From a virus (Duplodnaviria; Caudoviricetes), in the IMG/VR virus record IMGVR_UViG_3300018080_000224, positions 1 through 53,969 of that record: a stretch of DNA of 53,969 bases, one strand, 5' to 3'. The position numbers were made by a program, and so were the translations under genes. The notes under the pieces were generated by a model. The model did no database searches and was not told the DNA's origin. It was given only the letters and a program-made list of their open reading frames with translations. Position 1 is the first letter of the stretch, and the number at the start of each line of letters is the position of its first letter. Positions 36,986-46,862 of this stretch are shown in pieces.

Positions 36986-37657
36986 TTATCCCTTAGTGTG
37001 TAATTCGTAATTTATATAGGCCTTTACATCATTTTCTGTACCAATACTTGTATATTTACACCTTAAATATAAACCTATAGGAATCTCTCCAGGAGAAAAG
37101 GATTTGAATTCCATAGTTCTATCTGGATCAATAAAAACTTTTTTAATATATTCTTTAGCTATAAATCCTGCCCCATACCCAAGTATATTATCTACATCTA
37201 CTATTAAAAATACCGCATAGTCTCCGTGTACGGCATTTTTAGTTATTAACTTTCCTCCCCATATATACTTAGACGTAAAAGATTCATCTTGTCCAGTATT
37301 CGGAAAATCAGTATAATTTTCTATTTTAAAATCAATAGAAGTAGTAGAATTTTTAGTAGCAGTAGCATCTTTGGCTACCATTTGCATAGTAAACGTATTA
37401 GCTGGCTCATTTATTACTGATTGTGTTATATTTCCTTTAAGCCAATTATCTCCACTAACTGAATCTAAATCATTTTCACCGTCATTAATAACTAATTTAG
37501 CAGGACTGCTCCATAAATCTTGATTAACTTTATAATCAAGAGACATGGCAGCACGTTCTATTTCAGTTAGTTCTTCAGAATATTCTCCAGCATCAATAGT
37601 AGTATTATACCAAGTATCTTCAGTTTCTTGTGCATTTTTAAGTTTGATTATTCTCAT
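36986..37657 (-). CDS. probable virion structural protein
   Basis: in head/neck module; beta-rich C-terminus. Confidence 0.5.
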   Translation of the reverse strand: MRIIKLKNAQETEDTWYNTTIDAGEYSEELTEIERAAMSLDYKVNQDLWSSPAKLVINDGENDLDSVSGDNWLKGNITQSVINEPANTFTMQMVAKDATATKNSTTSIDFKIENYTDFPNTGQDESFTSKYIWGGKLITKNAVHGDYAVFLIVDVDNILGYGAGFIAKEYIKKVFIDPDRTMEFKSFSPGEIPIGLYLRCKYTSIGTENDVKAYINYELHTKG

Positions 37658-38304
37658 AATGCTTTCCTAGTCCATAAAATAACATTTAAATTCGCAGGTT
37701 TAGGATTACCCACACTAAGCATTTTAACCGCTACTCCATGACCAGATGTTACGTTTAATGCTGGATCTATAAGTTCAATTCCAGACCTACCATTCCAATT
37801 TCCGTTAGCTATAGAAAATGTACGAGTCCACAAAGTAGTAAATATGGTAAGTGTAGGGTCTACAGTTTCAATTCTAAGCGTAAATGGTTGAGCATTATTA
37901 CTATTAGATATACTAATTCCTCTAATAATAGTATTAAACAAAACAACATCAGGAGCATTATTAGATGGTATATTATTTAATGTTAATAAATATTTATTAG
38001 CACTAACAACACCTTGTAGAGCAAATTGGAATTTATCTAAATCATTATCTGCCCAAGACACTGCAGGTACATCAACAGTTACCTTACCTCCACCGTCATT
38101 AGTAACATCTAAATAATCGCCAAAATTTATAATTTTAGTGTCTACTTGAACAGAAATATCATCATCTTCTACATCTACTTGAGATTCTACAATAGCATCT
38201 TGAGCATTATCTGCGACAAACCCATTACCAGTAGTATCAAATGGAGTCTCTTCAGAAACTTGTATTTTTTGATGACCTGCTGGTTTTTTAATCATTACAC
38301 CCAC
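37654..38304 (-). CDS. probable head decoration/fibre protein
   Basis: DNAQDAIVE and INFG..VT.DGGGKVTV fibre-like motifs. Confidence 0.55.
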   Translation of the reverse strand: MGVMIKKPAGHQKIQVSEETPFDTTGNGFVADNAQDAIVESQVDVEDDDISVQVDTKIINFGDYLDVTNDGGGKVTVDVPAVSWADNDLDKFQFALQGVVSANKYLLTLNNIPSNNAPDVVLFNTIIRGISISNSNNAQPFTLRIETVDPTLTIFTTLWTRTFSIANGNWNGRSGIELIDPALNVTSGHGVAVKMLSVGNPKPANLNVILWTRKAL

Positions 38305-38635
38305 CCCACAGAATTACTTCATAGTCGGTGCCGTCATCATTAGTATCTAATTTTAAAGTTTGGGTTAATCCTGGTACAAAAATACTTTCTCCGCTCATTA
38401 TTGTTACGTAAGTAGAAGTTCCGTCAATATTAAACTTTATGGCATCATGTATACCATTAGAACTACTTTGATCCCGTACACTAGGAACACTAAGAAAAAA
38501 CCATTGTATAGCTTTACCAGAAGTTAACTGTAAAGATACTGGAGATCCAGCAGTAGTTATAGAGCCGTTAAAATGCTCCGGCTCACTCTGCTTTTCATCT
38601 TGAATTTCTAGATCAAAATCGTTAAATTCAACCAT
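38288..38635 (-). CDS. small beta-sandwich virion protein
   Basis: position; beta-rich. Confidence 0.5.
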   Translation of the reverse strand: MVEFNDFDLEIQDEKQSEPEHFNGSITTAGSPVSLQLTSGKAIQWFFLSVPSVRDQSSSNGIHDAIKFNIDGTSTYVTIMSGESIFVPGLTQTLKLDTNDDGTDYEVILWGGCND

Positions 38636-38638
38636 TAT

Positions 38639-39004
38639 TTAGTCCCATGATAACTTTTGAATTTTTTCTGAACTTCTAAACTCAGATACATCTTTTACTG
38701 CTTGTATAAATTTATCATCTACGACGACTGTTACAGTAGATCCCCAATTTACTAAACCTCTTTTAGAGGCTTTAGGATTTGGAATTTCCCCATCAACAGT
38801 TCTATTTTTAAATGATTCTGATATTTGCATTCTTTTAGATGGGCGGACAGAAACCTTAATTACTTTCTTATCGTCTTCATAGGAGCCAATATAGAAATAA
38901 TCTATATGATCTTGAGATAGTTTTCTAGGAGTTTTTACCCAATTAAGCTTGTTAAAAAATTCCTTAAACGCCTCTACATTAAGATTTCCGTCCACTATTA
39001 ACAT
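38639..39004 (-). CDS. hypothetical protein
   Basis: ORF in operon. Confidence 0.55.
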   Translation of the reverse strand: MLIVDGNLNVEAFKEFFNKLNWVKTPRKLSQDHIDYFYIGSYEDDKKVIKVSVRPSKRMQISESFKNRTVDGEIPNPKASKRGLVNWGSTVTVVVDDKFIQAVKDVSEFRSSEKIQKLSWD

Positions 39005-39033
39005 AATTTACCTAAATTAGTAAAATTTATTTA

Positions 39034-39885
39034 TTAAGCAGGTGTTACTCTAATATGCATACTACCAGTACCATTGGCGTCTCCACCGCAAGCACTTCGT
39101 TTTTTGATTTGTAACTTAACTTCTGATCCATCTGCACCAGCTATTTCAATTCTTCCACCTTCAGAAAAATGCTCACTAAGACCTGGTTGAGCGGAACCGT
39201 TAATCGCAGTTTTATAAACTACGAGATTAGCAGGCGTTCCATCGTCCAGCACTATTCTAGCTTGAACGTTTTGATCAGCAGCAAACTGATAACCATAGAT
39301 CCATATTCTTTCATCATTGAGTGTTGCCAAAGTTGCAACATCAACCCATGGTGTAGCCGAAGCAGTAATAGTCTCAAGACAGTCACCTGCAGCAGCAAGG
39401 GCATCAGTTACAGTGTATTGCTCGTCTCCTCTTATAGAGACGGTCCGCAAATACCCTTCGTCGTCAACTTGAAATGGAGCATAGTCCAGATCAGTGTCAA
39501 CCATCGAAGCTTCATCATCCTGCCTTACAGCAAGACTAAAAGAACCAAGATCACCTGAGCTATGTCCCGAATCTTCTGGATATACAAAATCCATATCCAC
39601 ATCAAGATCAGAAACTACTCTTAATCTACCTAGTTCGTCCACTTGCAGTGGAGTATATTCACCGTCAGCGACTCCAGATAATGGTCCATCTGCATCTTGG
39701 CGTACAGCTAACGCACTAACGCCAGCATCTCCCTCGGCCCAACTGTTCGTACCAGCTAACCAACGACCAGATATGATTAATCTACCATAATCGTCTACGA
39801 TCAACTCTAAAGGCTGATCGACACAGGTAAGTTGGGATAGCGGATCTTGTTTCATCCGACTAACTAATAGTCCAAAATCATTCAT
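39034..39885 (-). CDS. probable head decoration protein with internal repeat
   Basis: two copies of GDxG...LAVRQD......D..Y.P.QVD..G.LR. Confidence 0.6.
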   Translation of the reverse strand: MNDFGLLVSRMKQDPLSQLTCVDQPLELIVDDYGRLIISGRWLAGTNSWAEGDAGVSALAVRQDADGPLSGVADGEYTPLQVDELGRLRVVSDLDVDMDFVYPEDSGHSSGDLGSFSLAVRQDDEASMVDTDLDYAPFQVDDEGYLRTVSIRGDEQYTVTDALAAAGDCLETITASATPWVDVATLATLNDERIWIYGYQFAADQNVQARIVLDDGTPANLVVYKTAINGSAQPGLSEHFSEGGRIEIAGADGSEVKLQIKKRSACGGDANGTGSMHIRVTPA

Positions 39886-39938
39886 TCAGATTTCTCCTAT
39901 CATCTCCTCCTGTTAAACAAAATCTACTCCTCAATAGA

Positions 39939-40187
39939 TTACACACTCTCCTCATTTTCCTCGTTACTAGCCGCTTTATCGGCAGACTTTTTGTTCTCCT
40001 CTGCTACAAGCTTCTCAATCTCTTCTACTGCAGGATATACAACTTTTTCTCTAAATTCTACCAATTTATCCTGAAGTTCGAGAACCTTGCTTTGTAAAAC
40101 CTTTATATCTTCGGTGGGATCATATTTTTCTAGAGTCCCACAAATAACTTGTAAATGCATTCTTTGTTTATCGAATTGTAAAACCAT
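39939..40187 (-). CDS. small coiled-coil protein
   Basis: coupled TAATG. Confidence 0.55.
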   Translation of the reverse strand: MVLQFDKQRMHLQVICGTLEKYDPTEDIKVLQSKVLELQDKLVEFREKVVYPAVEEIEKLVAEENKKSADKAASNEENEESV

Positions 40188-40843
40188 TATGTTAAGTACC
40201 CTTCTAATGAAACGAAACTATTATGATTACCAGGCCCACATGAAGGAGTAATAAACCTATCTACTAAAGCTTCAACTGTCAAAGTTTCACTACTTAATAG
40301 AGGTCTATGTTCATCAAACTTGAATACCACATTTCTTTCAAATGGCCCAGATCTCAAAACTTTCTTTATTACACCATTTATTTTTAATGAAAACGTAGCT
40401 GGAGTACTTGCGGTAGCATCAACTCTCACAATTCTAGTACCATTATTTGTAGAAACGTGAGTAAATACTACTACAGGAGCCATAGAAGGTATTACTGTGT
40501 ATTGTTCATCAAATATAGGGTCAGGATGACCACTTATGGCGATATTATCACCATCAGCAGCATCAACTTCTACATTTGCGTCAATAGACCCGTCAGGATT
40601 TATAACTAAAACATTACCTGATATAGGGTCTCCAATATGTACCCCGTCGTCGTAAAAGTCTAGATCTACTTCTACTTGTATATTTTGAGCAGTAATATTA
40701 GCATCTACAGCTAATCTTTGAATACCAGCACTATCAACTACGCAATCAATCGGCAAACCAGTCTTATGGCAAACTAAAACGTTACCTTGAGTAAATCCTC
40801 TCGGAGTACATTGCGAACCTGCTGATTTGTTCTTTGTGCTCAT
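40187..40843 (-). CDS. probable head decoration protein
   Basis: downstream of capsid; INPDGSI motif; GAGG SD. Confidence 0.55.
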   Translation of the reverse strand: MSTKNKSAGSQCTPRGFTQGNVLVCHKTGLPIDCVVDSAGIQRLAVDANITAQNIQVEVDLDFYDDGVHIGDPISGNVLVINPDGSIDANVEVDAADGDNIAISGHPDPIFDEQYTVIPSMAPVVVFTHVSTNNGTRIVRVDATASTPATFSLKINGVIKKVLRSGPFERNVVFKFDEHRPLLSSETLTVEALVDRFITPSCGPGNHNSFVSLEGYLT

Positions 40844-40864
40844 TAACGCTACCTCGTCCCAAAA

Positions 40865-41443
40865 TTATTTAGATAGCCTTTTAATTATGCTTTCTCTTAA
40901 TTTTTGTTTTTCTTTTTTTGGGATAAACTTTGGAACTTCTACTCCAAAGTCTACTAATTTTGGGTCTTTTAATATATGGAGTTTGCAATATTTACTAGGA
41001 GAAACGTCTAATGCTAAATTCTTGCAAAGTGCTCCAGTAGATTTCCTAAACTGGCACAGCTCTCCCTCAACATGTTGCTCTTCTTGAATTTTTTGTTCTT
41101 CTTGTTCTTTTTGAATTTTATATTCTTCTTGTTCTTCGAGAAATTCATTTAATTGTGTAGTATATTTTACATATACATCTTTTCCAAAAATTGTTTCTAT
41201 ATCTCTAGTTTTTGTAACAAATTTTAAATCTTTCAAAAATAGTAAAGGTTCTGGAGTTCTAAGACTAAGAGCAGAAGTCTTTTTTAACATGTGATGAGCT
41301 TTACTATCTTTAATTACTACTGCATACCCATCTCTAAACTTTATACCACACACATTCCCATTTACGTTCCTTAATTTATGCTGCACTACAACATATTCTA
41401 CAATTTTAGTATCATTTCTAGTTCTTGTTGTCCAATAAGACAT
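40865..41443 (-). CDS. hypothetical protein with C3H zinc finger
   Basis: CQF..STG.LC.N.A......YCKLH; GGGAG SD favours ATG 41443. Confidence 0.6.
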   Translation of the reverse strand: MSYWTTRTRNDTKIVEYVVVQHKLRNVNGNVCGIKFRDGYAVVIKDSKAHHMLKKTSALSLRTPEPLLFLKDLKFVTKTRDIETIFGKDVYVKYTTQLNEFLEEQEEYKIQKEQEEQKIQEEQHVEGELCQFRKSTGALCKNLALDVSPSKYCKLHILKDPKLVDFGVEVPKFIPKKEKQKLRESIIKRLSK

Positions 41444-41512
41444 ATAAACTCCCATCGGCTCTTCCGATAAAATATTTAACTATTTCCTCTTGAAATAGGT
41501 AAGAAATGAAGG

Positions 41513-41544
41513 GTAAGAGAGGAACCTTTCGGTCCCCCTCTTAC
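41513..41544 (-). terminator. strong hairpin after major capsid gene
   Basis: GTAAGAGGGGGACC-GAAA-GGTTCCTCTCTTAC, 14 bp with GNRA loop; interrupted U-tract. Confidence 0.7.
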
Positions 41545-41554
41545 AATTCGGTTA

Positions 41555-42883
41555 TTAGCAACTTAGCGGCAGTACATTCTGCATACGAGCTAAAGCTAGA
41601 CGATTATACAGATCAAAACCGCAATACCATTTCATGCGATATTGATAAGCATTTTCATCTTCTCTAGGTCCAACATACTCTAATTTAAGACCGGCGTTGT
41701 TGGCGGAAGTGAATCCAACGATTCCCTTATATTCGCCCCAGCAACCAGCATAAATTGAGGATGCGTCGTCTCTTTCAGCAAGAATAGCATCTTGTCCGTC
41801 AGTGAAAAGAGCGTCATTAGGAGCAACCCTAGCGACCATTTCATTCTGTTCTGGATCAAAAAATGAACCAGTAGAATCGACGGTAAGAGTATCTGTGCCA
41901 GCACCAGCAGAAACTTCCCAACGATACATAACACCATCTGATCCACGCATAGAGGCGTGAGATGCTCCACCAGTAACTGCTTCAGCAACAGTCAATGCTA
42001 GAGTTGTAGCGTTAGAAGAACCTTTGTCCAATAATTTAGTATCAGTATTACAAAAATCAGCTTTAGAAACAAAATCATTCCTGTAGACAGGAATATCTTG
42101 ATAATAAAGTTGAGGTTTGGCATTGCCAAGACCCTGCTGCTGAATTTGCACTGAATCTGTTCCACCACCTGTATTCCTAAGAAGAACTCTCAGAGTACGA
42201 ATCTCACGAGCATTCATCATAAGAAAATCAGACGAAGCTGCCGTAATACGGTCAATCATGTCATCGAGATCTTCAAGAGTGAAAACCCGACCAGAACGAC
42301 CATTACGAGCACTTGCAGGATCATCTTCTACAAGACTAAGACTCTGCGTAGATGCACCAGCATTAAAAAATGGATGGTTAACATCGTCTGCGTTGCCCTG
42401 CTCAGCGTCCAGAATGGAGGCCATTCCGTTAAACCTATCAGAAATACCGATAGGACCGTTGTTTGCTTGCGCTAGAGGACCGCTGCTTCTACGAGAATTA
42501 ACAATCGCATTCATATAAATACGAGCAATAACTTTCGCTTTGGCGGAAATCTGAACTTGAAGTTGGTCATTTGATTCGCTCAATTGATCTTCAACTTGAC
42601 CGTCCAGAATAATATCAGCAATAATTGCTGAAAGGTTAACGTTGACCGGAACAAATTTTGCCCCAGCCTGATATTTTGACAGATTAAGATTCTGTCCTGG
42701 TGCAGCAAAAGCTGCTTTAGCTAGCTGTGATTCACGAGTAAACGTGTAAGCCAAACCTTCAAAAACCACGAATGGAAGGTGTTTAAACCATTCATCCACG
42801 GATACGATGTCAGCGATGATACCTTCAACGAGAAGGTTATTTGATAATACAGCCGCATCAGTTAATGAAATTACCTGAGCCAT
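41555..42883 (-). CDS. major capsid protein (HK97 fold)
   Basis: LPF...EG.AY...RE, FNGM, LDDMID, IPVYRNDF, SSIYA, RMKWYCG..L...ALAR; follows scaffold, followed by hairpin. Confidence 0.9.
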   Translation of the reverse strand: MAQVISLTDAAVLSNNLLVEGIIADIVSVDEWFKHLPFVVFEGLAYTFTRESQLAKAAFAAPGQNLNLSKYQAGAKFVPVNVNLSAIIADIILDGQVEDQLSESNDQLQVQISAKAKVIARIYMNAIVNSRRSSGPLAQANNGPIGISDRFNGMASILDAEQGNADDVNHPFFNAGASTQSLSLVEDDPASARNGRSGRVFTLEDLDDMIDRITAASSDFLMMNAREIRTLRVLLRNTGGGTDSVQIQQQGLGNAKPQLYYQDIPVYRNDFVSKADFCNTDTKLLDKGSSNATTLALTVAEAVTGGASHASMRGSDGVMYRWEVSAGAGTDTLTVDSTGSFFDPEQNEMVARVAPNDALFTDGQDAILAERDDASSIYAGCWGEYKGIVGFTSANNAGLKLEYVGPREDENAYQYRMKWYCGFDLYNRLALARMQNVLPLSC

Positions 42884-42894
42884 CTATCAACTCC

Positions 42895-43824
42895 CTATTG
42901 TCTTTTTGCAAAGGCACTATTATCTTTACCAGATTTTATGGCATCAAGAGCGGATCTAATTTTCAGAGCAGGACTCATTTTATCCTTCTCTGCTCTTTCG
43001 GCTTCATCAATAGATTTTTTGTCTCTTCTTGCACCGTCAGTAGCACCAGGAGTGCCGTGATTGACGTGTACAGATTTTTCATCAAAAATACCATTAATTT
43101 TGGCTTCGGATAGTTCTATTAGAGCATCTCTATAGTTACCAGCACCTTTTACCATTAAATTTGCAGCTTGTTGAAATTTCTCTGGAATTGCTTTCAACTC
43201 CTCTTCCAACCTCTGCTTATATACTTCTTCTTGAGCTTCATTGTCAGCTCTGAGTTTTCCAAGCTCTTCTTGCAACTCGCCAAGTTTGTTATCAAAATTT
43301 CTTCTCTGAGTCTCTACCTCAGTTTCTAGTTGTACTACTTTCTTTGATCTATGTTCTAGCCTCTCTTCAAGAGTTCTTTTTTTGTCAGCTTCCGCTTCTT
43401 TTCTATCTTCGAGTTCTTTTTTGGCTTTCCGTAGTTCTTCGTACTCTTGTTCTTTTTCTGTTAATTTACTATCTGCTATTTGTTTAAGTTCATCAATTTT
43501 AGTTGCATATTTTATTCTTGATTGTTTATTTTCTTCTCTGAGTTTCTTAACTTCTTTAAGGGCACTCTCTACGGTCCAAGATGTTTTACTTTCTTCGTCT
43601 TTTTCTTTGTCCTCTTTTGAAACGTCGCTAGAGTTTTTGGAATCAGCATTCGCAGGCTCAGTTTTGGTTGTAGGAACGTCGCCTGTTTTTGCTTTAGAAC
43701 CGCCATCTTTCAAAAGATCTTCTGAAGGTGTATCCTTCAGAGGGTTCGAAGCCGGTTCTGATTTTTTATCAGATCCTTCTGCTGTGCCGTCTTTTTTTTG
43801 ACCAATTTTATCAAGTAGATCCAT
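42895..43824 (-). CDS. capsid scaffolding protein
   Basis: highly charged coiled coil, VKKLREEN...R motif, directly upstream of MCP. Confidence 0.8.
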   Translation of the reverse strand: MDLLDKIGQKKDGTAEGSDKKSEPASNPLKDTPSEDLLKDGGSKAKTGDVPTTKTEPANADSKNSSDVSKEDKEKDEESKTSWTVESALKEVKKLREENKQSRIKYATKIDELKQIADSKLTEKEQEYEELRKAKKELEDRKEAEADKKRTLEERLEHRSKKVVQLETEVETQRRNFDNKLGELQEELGKLRADNEAQEEVYKQRLEEELKAIPEKFQQAANLMVKGAGNYRDALIELSEAKINGIFDEKSVHVNHGTPGATDGARRDKKSIDEAERAEKDKMSPALKIRSALDAIKSGKDNSAFAKRQ

Positions 43825-43860
43825 TTTTTACTCCTTCACTAGCTCTTCTAGGTATTGAAG

Positions 43861-44217
43861 CTAATTTAGTTTGTAGCCGTTATCCAGCAAATCTGGATAA
43901 GTACTATTATTTTTTAAGGATTCAGTAAATCCTTTGTTCACCATGTTTTTTTTATACGGATTAGATTGATCTACCTTAGATGTGGCATCTGCCGCATGAA
44001 TTGTAATTTCCTTTATAAGTCCTGGATCAAATGCTGTCAATCTAGGTTCTTCCAGCTTAAAAGGTTTTTGTTTTTCTATACACTCAGCCCACAATTCTGT
44101 AAGCTCGTGCCATTTAGTTTTAATCTCACTAAAATCTGAGGTTTCGCATACGAGCAATGATTCTTGTCTATCCCTAAGTAAGATAAATAATCCATAAGAG
44201 ATTTGTCTATCTTCCAT
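43861..44217 (-). CDS. hypothetical protein
   Basis: GAGGAG SD. Confidence 0.6.
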   Translation of the reverse strand: MEDRQISYGLFILLRDRQESLLVCETSDFSEIKTKWHELTELWAECIEKQKPFKLEEPRLTAFDPGLIKEITIHAADATSKVDQSNPYKKNMVNKGFTESLKNNSTYPDLLDNGYKLN

Positions 44218-44231
44218 AATTTTCTCCTCGT

Positions 44232-45998
44232 TTATTTTGCTCTAGGGTCACCATTTTTCTTTTTTTGAACAGAACTTTGTTCTGAATGTTTCGCTTTATT
44301 GTCTACAGATACTTTTCCTTGTGATCCTGGACTACTCTTTGGAGCCATAGTAATAGTTTCATCAGTAGTTGATTTATTAGTAAGTCTTCCAGAAGCGACA
44401 CTACTACCCTCTGCGGCAGAACTTATTCCGCCTTCTACGAGAATTTTAGCAACTTCTACTTCTCTTTTTGCATCTTCTTTTGCTTGTTCTAATTTGTCTT
44501 TTCTTTTTTGTTTAATTTTTTTGTTTATGTCAGTTTCACTGAGATGTGGATAAATTTTTCTATATGATTCCCTATCGCCATAATCTAAAAGTTTACTTTC
44601 AATTACTAGTGTCTCTAACTTTGTTTTTGGATCAACTGGGAAAGACGGTTCTTTGTACGTTACTTCTAATTTGCATCCTTTACTAAACTGTCTTTCTCCG
44701 CCTTTGCTGTGATGAGTATTCCACAATTTTTTAATAACCTGGAATAGTTGTTGTTCCCTTTCTCTGAAGAGTTTAGCTCTTCTGATATTATCTTCCATTA
44801 CTCCGATTTTTTCCATTAAAAGAGCAAAACCAGAACTAGGAAGAGTATCTTTATATTTAGGCCTAAGTCCGTGATTAATTCTTACCATATCAGTAACACC
44901 TTCAATGGTTTTTATTAATCCAGTAATATCAGCCGAAGGGTGAGCAAACTTAAAATCTCCCTTTTCACCAACAGCTATAGCGGTATCTGGGCCAATGCTT
45001 ACTCCCAGAGCATTCGCATCAGCATTCCCATCTCTATTTAGACCCATTCCAGCATCAAATGTCCTAAAATTTCCTCCTGCACCAAAACCGCTTACTCCAC
45101 TTAGTCCGCCAAAAGTAGACTGAGCAGAACCGCCTTTAAGTACATTAGCATCATCAACAGGCCTGCCTTGTCTTAATGACGTAGGCCTTTCAATTCCACT
45201 AACTACTGGGACACCGAATGATTGGAATTTCGCAATATGATTAAGATCCGTGATTCTCATATTTAATGCGTGATTAGCATAAATTAGAGGCTCATTAATT
45301 GGTAAAAAATAATAATGAGCAGGATCTTGGTTAAAAAACGGAATCGCAGGTACTAACCCATATGGATTGTCCCCCTCATAAGCATTGTTTTCTTCGTCAA
45401 CAATTTTATGAGAATTAGGACTCCAGTAAATAGTATTTACTCCTCTTAATTGTCCTGGAGTAGCTACTATATTCTGTCTCTGCTCAATCCCAGCAGCGCC
45501 GTAGTTAGATGGATTAGGAATTTTTCCAGAAAGACTACCACCAGTATAACTAGTACCACCGAATCCAGTAAATTTTGTACCAAATCCTATTAGTAGTTCA
45601 GTTATATAGTATGGAGAAGCCCCGTGTTTGATGTCATAGGTTCCACCATGAAGCATATCAAGTTGAACCATTCCGCCTTCAGTCTGGTTAACTAATTCTC
45701 CACTATCTGGATTAACGAAACTCACTTTAACTAAAACTGTACCAAGCAGTTTAGTCCACCTATCAAGCTTATCCATAAACATGAGATATCTACAATCTTT
45801 TTGTATTTCTTCCCATAGTTCTTGGTCTGCTTTGGATTGTTTTCCGCCGTCATCCACAACCGAATATATGGGATCTTCCCTATATAATATGGATGTCTCG
45901 TCAATGATCTCTTTAGTTAGATTCATTGGGAGGATTTGTTGTTTTTCGGGATTACGAAATTGGCGGACCAAGTCCAACCAAACAAATTCATCTTGACG
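44232..45998 (-). CDS. portal protein, exon 2
   Basis: NLTKEIID, NPYGLVP, SGFAL motifs of SPP1-like portals; starts after the intron's terminal G. Confidence 0.88.
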   Translation of the reverse strand, partial: RQDEFVWLDLVRQFRNPEKQQILPMNLTKEIIDETSILYREDPIYSVVDDGGKQSKADQELWEEIQKDCRYLMFMDKLDRWTKLLGTVLVKVSFVNPDSGELVNQTEGGMVQLDMLHGGTYDIKHGASPYYITELLIGFGTKFTGFGGTSYTGGSLSGKIPNPSNYGAAGIEQRQNIVATPGQLRGVNTIYWSPNSHKIVDEENNAYEGDNPYGLVPAIPFFNQDPAHYYFLPINEPLIYANHALNMRITDLNHIAKFQSFGVPVVSGIERPTSLRQGRPVDDANVLKGGSAQSTFGGLSGVSGFGAGGNFRTFDAGMGLNRDGNADANALGVSIGPDTAIAVGEKGDFKFAHPSADITGLIKTIEGVTDMVRINHGLRPKYKDTLPSSGFALLMEKIGVMEDNIRRAKLFREREQQLFQVIKKLWNTHHSKGGERQFSKGCKLEVTYKEPSFPVDPKTKLETLVIESKLLDYGDRESYRKIYPHLSETDINKKIKQKRKDKLEQAKEDAKREVEVAKILVEGGISSAAEGSSVASGRLTNKSTTDETITMAPKSSPGSQGKVSVDNKAKHSEQSSVQKKKNGDPRAK

Positions 45999-46031
45999 CA
46001 AGTATTTAATATTCTTGGACTATATCTTCAG

Positions 46032-46739
46032 TTAAAATATTAACTGCTTCGCTTTCTCGGTAAGAATATCCATATTATATTTTTCATATAACTCTGGATA
46101 TCTACTATCATATTGTAAATCAATTTTATATAACATATCTGGAATAATATACTTTTTTATAATTTCTCTAAATTTACGAAAATTAGTTGAATTAAATTCT
46201 ATATAATATTTAATTCCACCTGTTTTTATAGAACTATAAATTTTGATATGTATATTCCATTTATCTTTAAAATATTTTTTAATTAGTAAATGTTCTTCAT
46301 ATGTAAATGACATTGACCAAATTCTAGCTCTTCTAGATTTAATTTTAGTCTTATCAAATTTATCTTTTTGTAAACACAGTTGTCCATCATCCATATACCA
46401 AAGTGCTAATCCTAGAGGTGTTAATTTTTTTAGTATTTTTTTAGTAACGATTTTTGTTTTGTTTTTGTAGAATATTTTATGTAATTTTGTAAAATATTTT
46501 AAAGAATTAGTATTTAATTGATAATCGCCCCTTAAAGATTGTTTTAAATTAACTTTAACGGGATGTATTTGTTTTAATATTTTTTCTTTAAACTCTATCA
46601 GTTGTTTTTGTTCTTTACAATGAGAACATTTAAAATATCCGTTGTGTGTTAGTTTTTTTCTAACTATACTAGAATCTCCTAGTAAAGTACCAAAAACAAA
46701 TCCATCTAATTGAGAACTTGATAGAGAATTTATATTCAC
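46032..46739 (-). CDS. intron-encoded LAGLIDADG homing endonuclease (I-SceI-like, two motifs)
   Basis: FGTLLGDSS and LALWYMDDG motifs; lies between R and S elements. Confidence 0.93.
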   Translation of the reverse strand: MNINSLSSSQLDGFVFGTLLGDSSIVRKKLTHNGYFKCSHCKEQKQLIEFKEKILKQIHPVKVNLKQSLRGDYQLNTNSLKYFTKLHKIFYKNKTKIVTKKILKKLTPLGLALWYMDDGQLCLQKDKFDKTKIKSRRARIWSMSFTYEEHLLIKKYFKDKWNIHIKIYSSIKTGGIKYYIEFNSTNFRKFREIIKKYIIPDMLYKIDLQYDSRYPELYEKYNMDILTEKAKQLIF

Positions 46740-46833
46740 TTAAAGGTTTCCCTTTCTAAAAATACGATAATAAACTTACTAGTCTCTGAACCTTCTCATA
46801 ATAATATTATAAGCTTGGCTGCTGATTGTTTAT

Positions 46834-46862
46834 ATTATACCATAAGATTCATTGTTTGTCAA
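46834..46862 (-). promoter_or_regulatory. consensus sigma70 promoter inside intron
   Basis: TTGACA-17 nt-TATAAT with TG extended -10. Confidence 0.8.

Noticed and set aside
12732-39035. TAATAAATAAAA in two intergenic gaps (near 12750 and 39030) as a late promoter
   Set aside because: Too few copies, and too AT-rich to distinguish from chance in this genome.
44232-46001. Portal starting at TTG 46001 as in the ORF track
   Set aside because: The TTG is the last 3 nt of the intron and has no SD; the true start is 47050.
8750-46470. Many + strand and alternate-frame ORFs inside structural genes (e.g. 19144-19647, 39169-39558, 43382-43801, 41680-41988)
   Set aside because: They are shadows of long genes with recognisable motifs and have no SD or domain features of their own.
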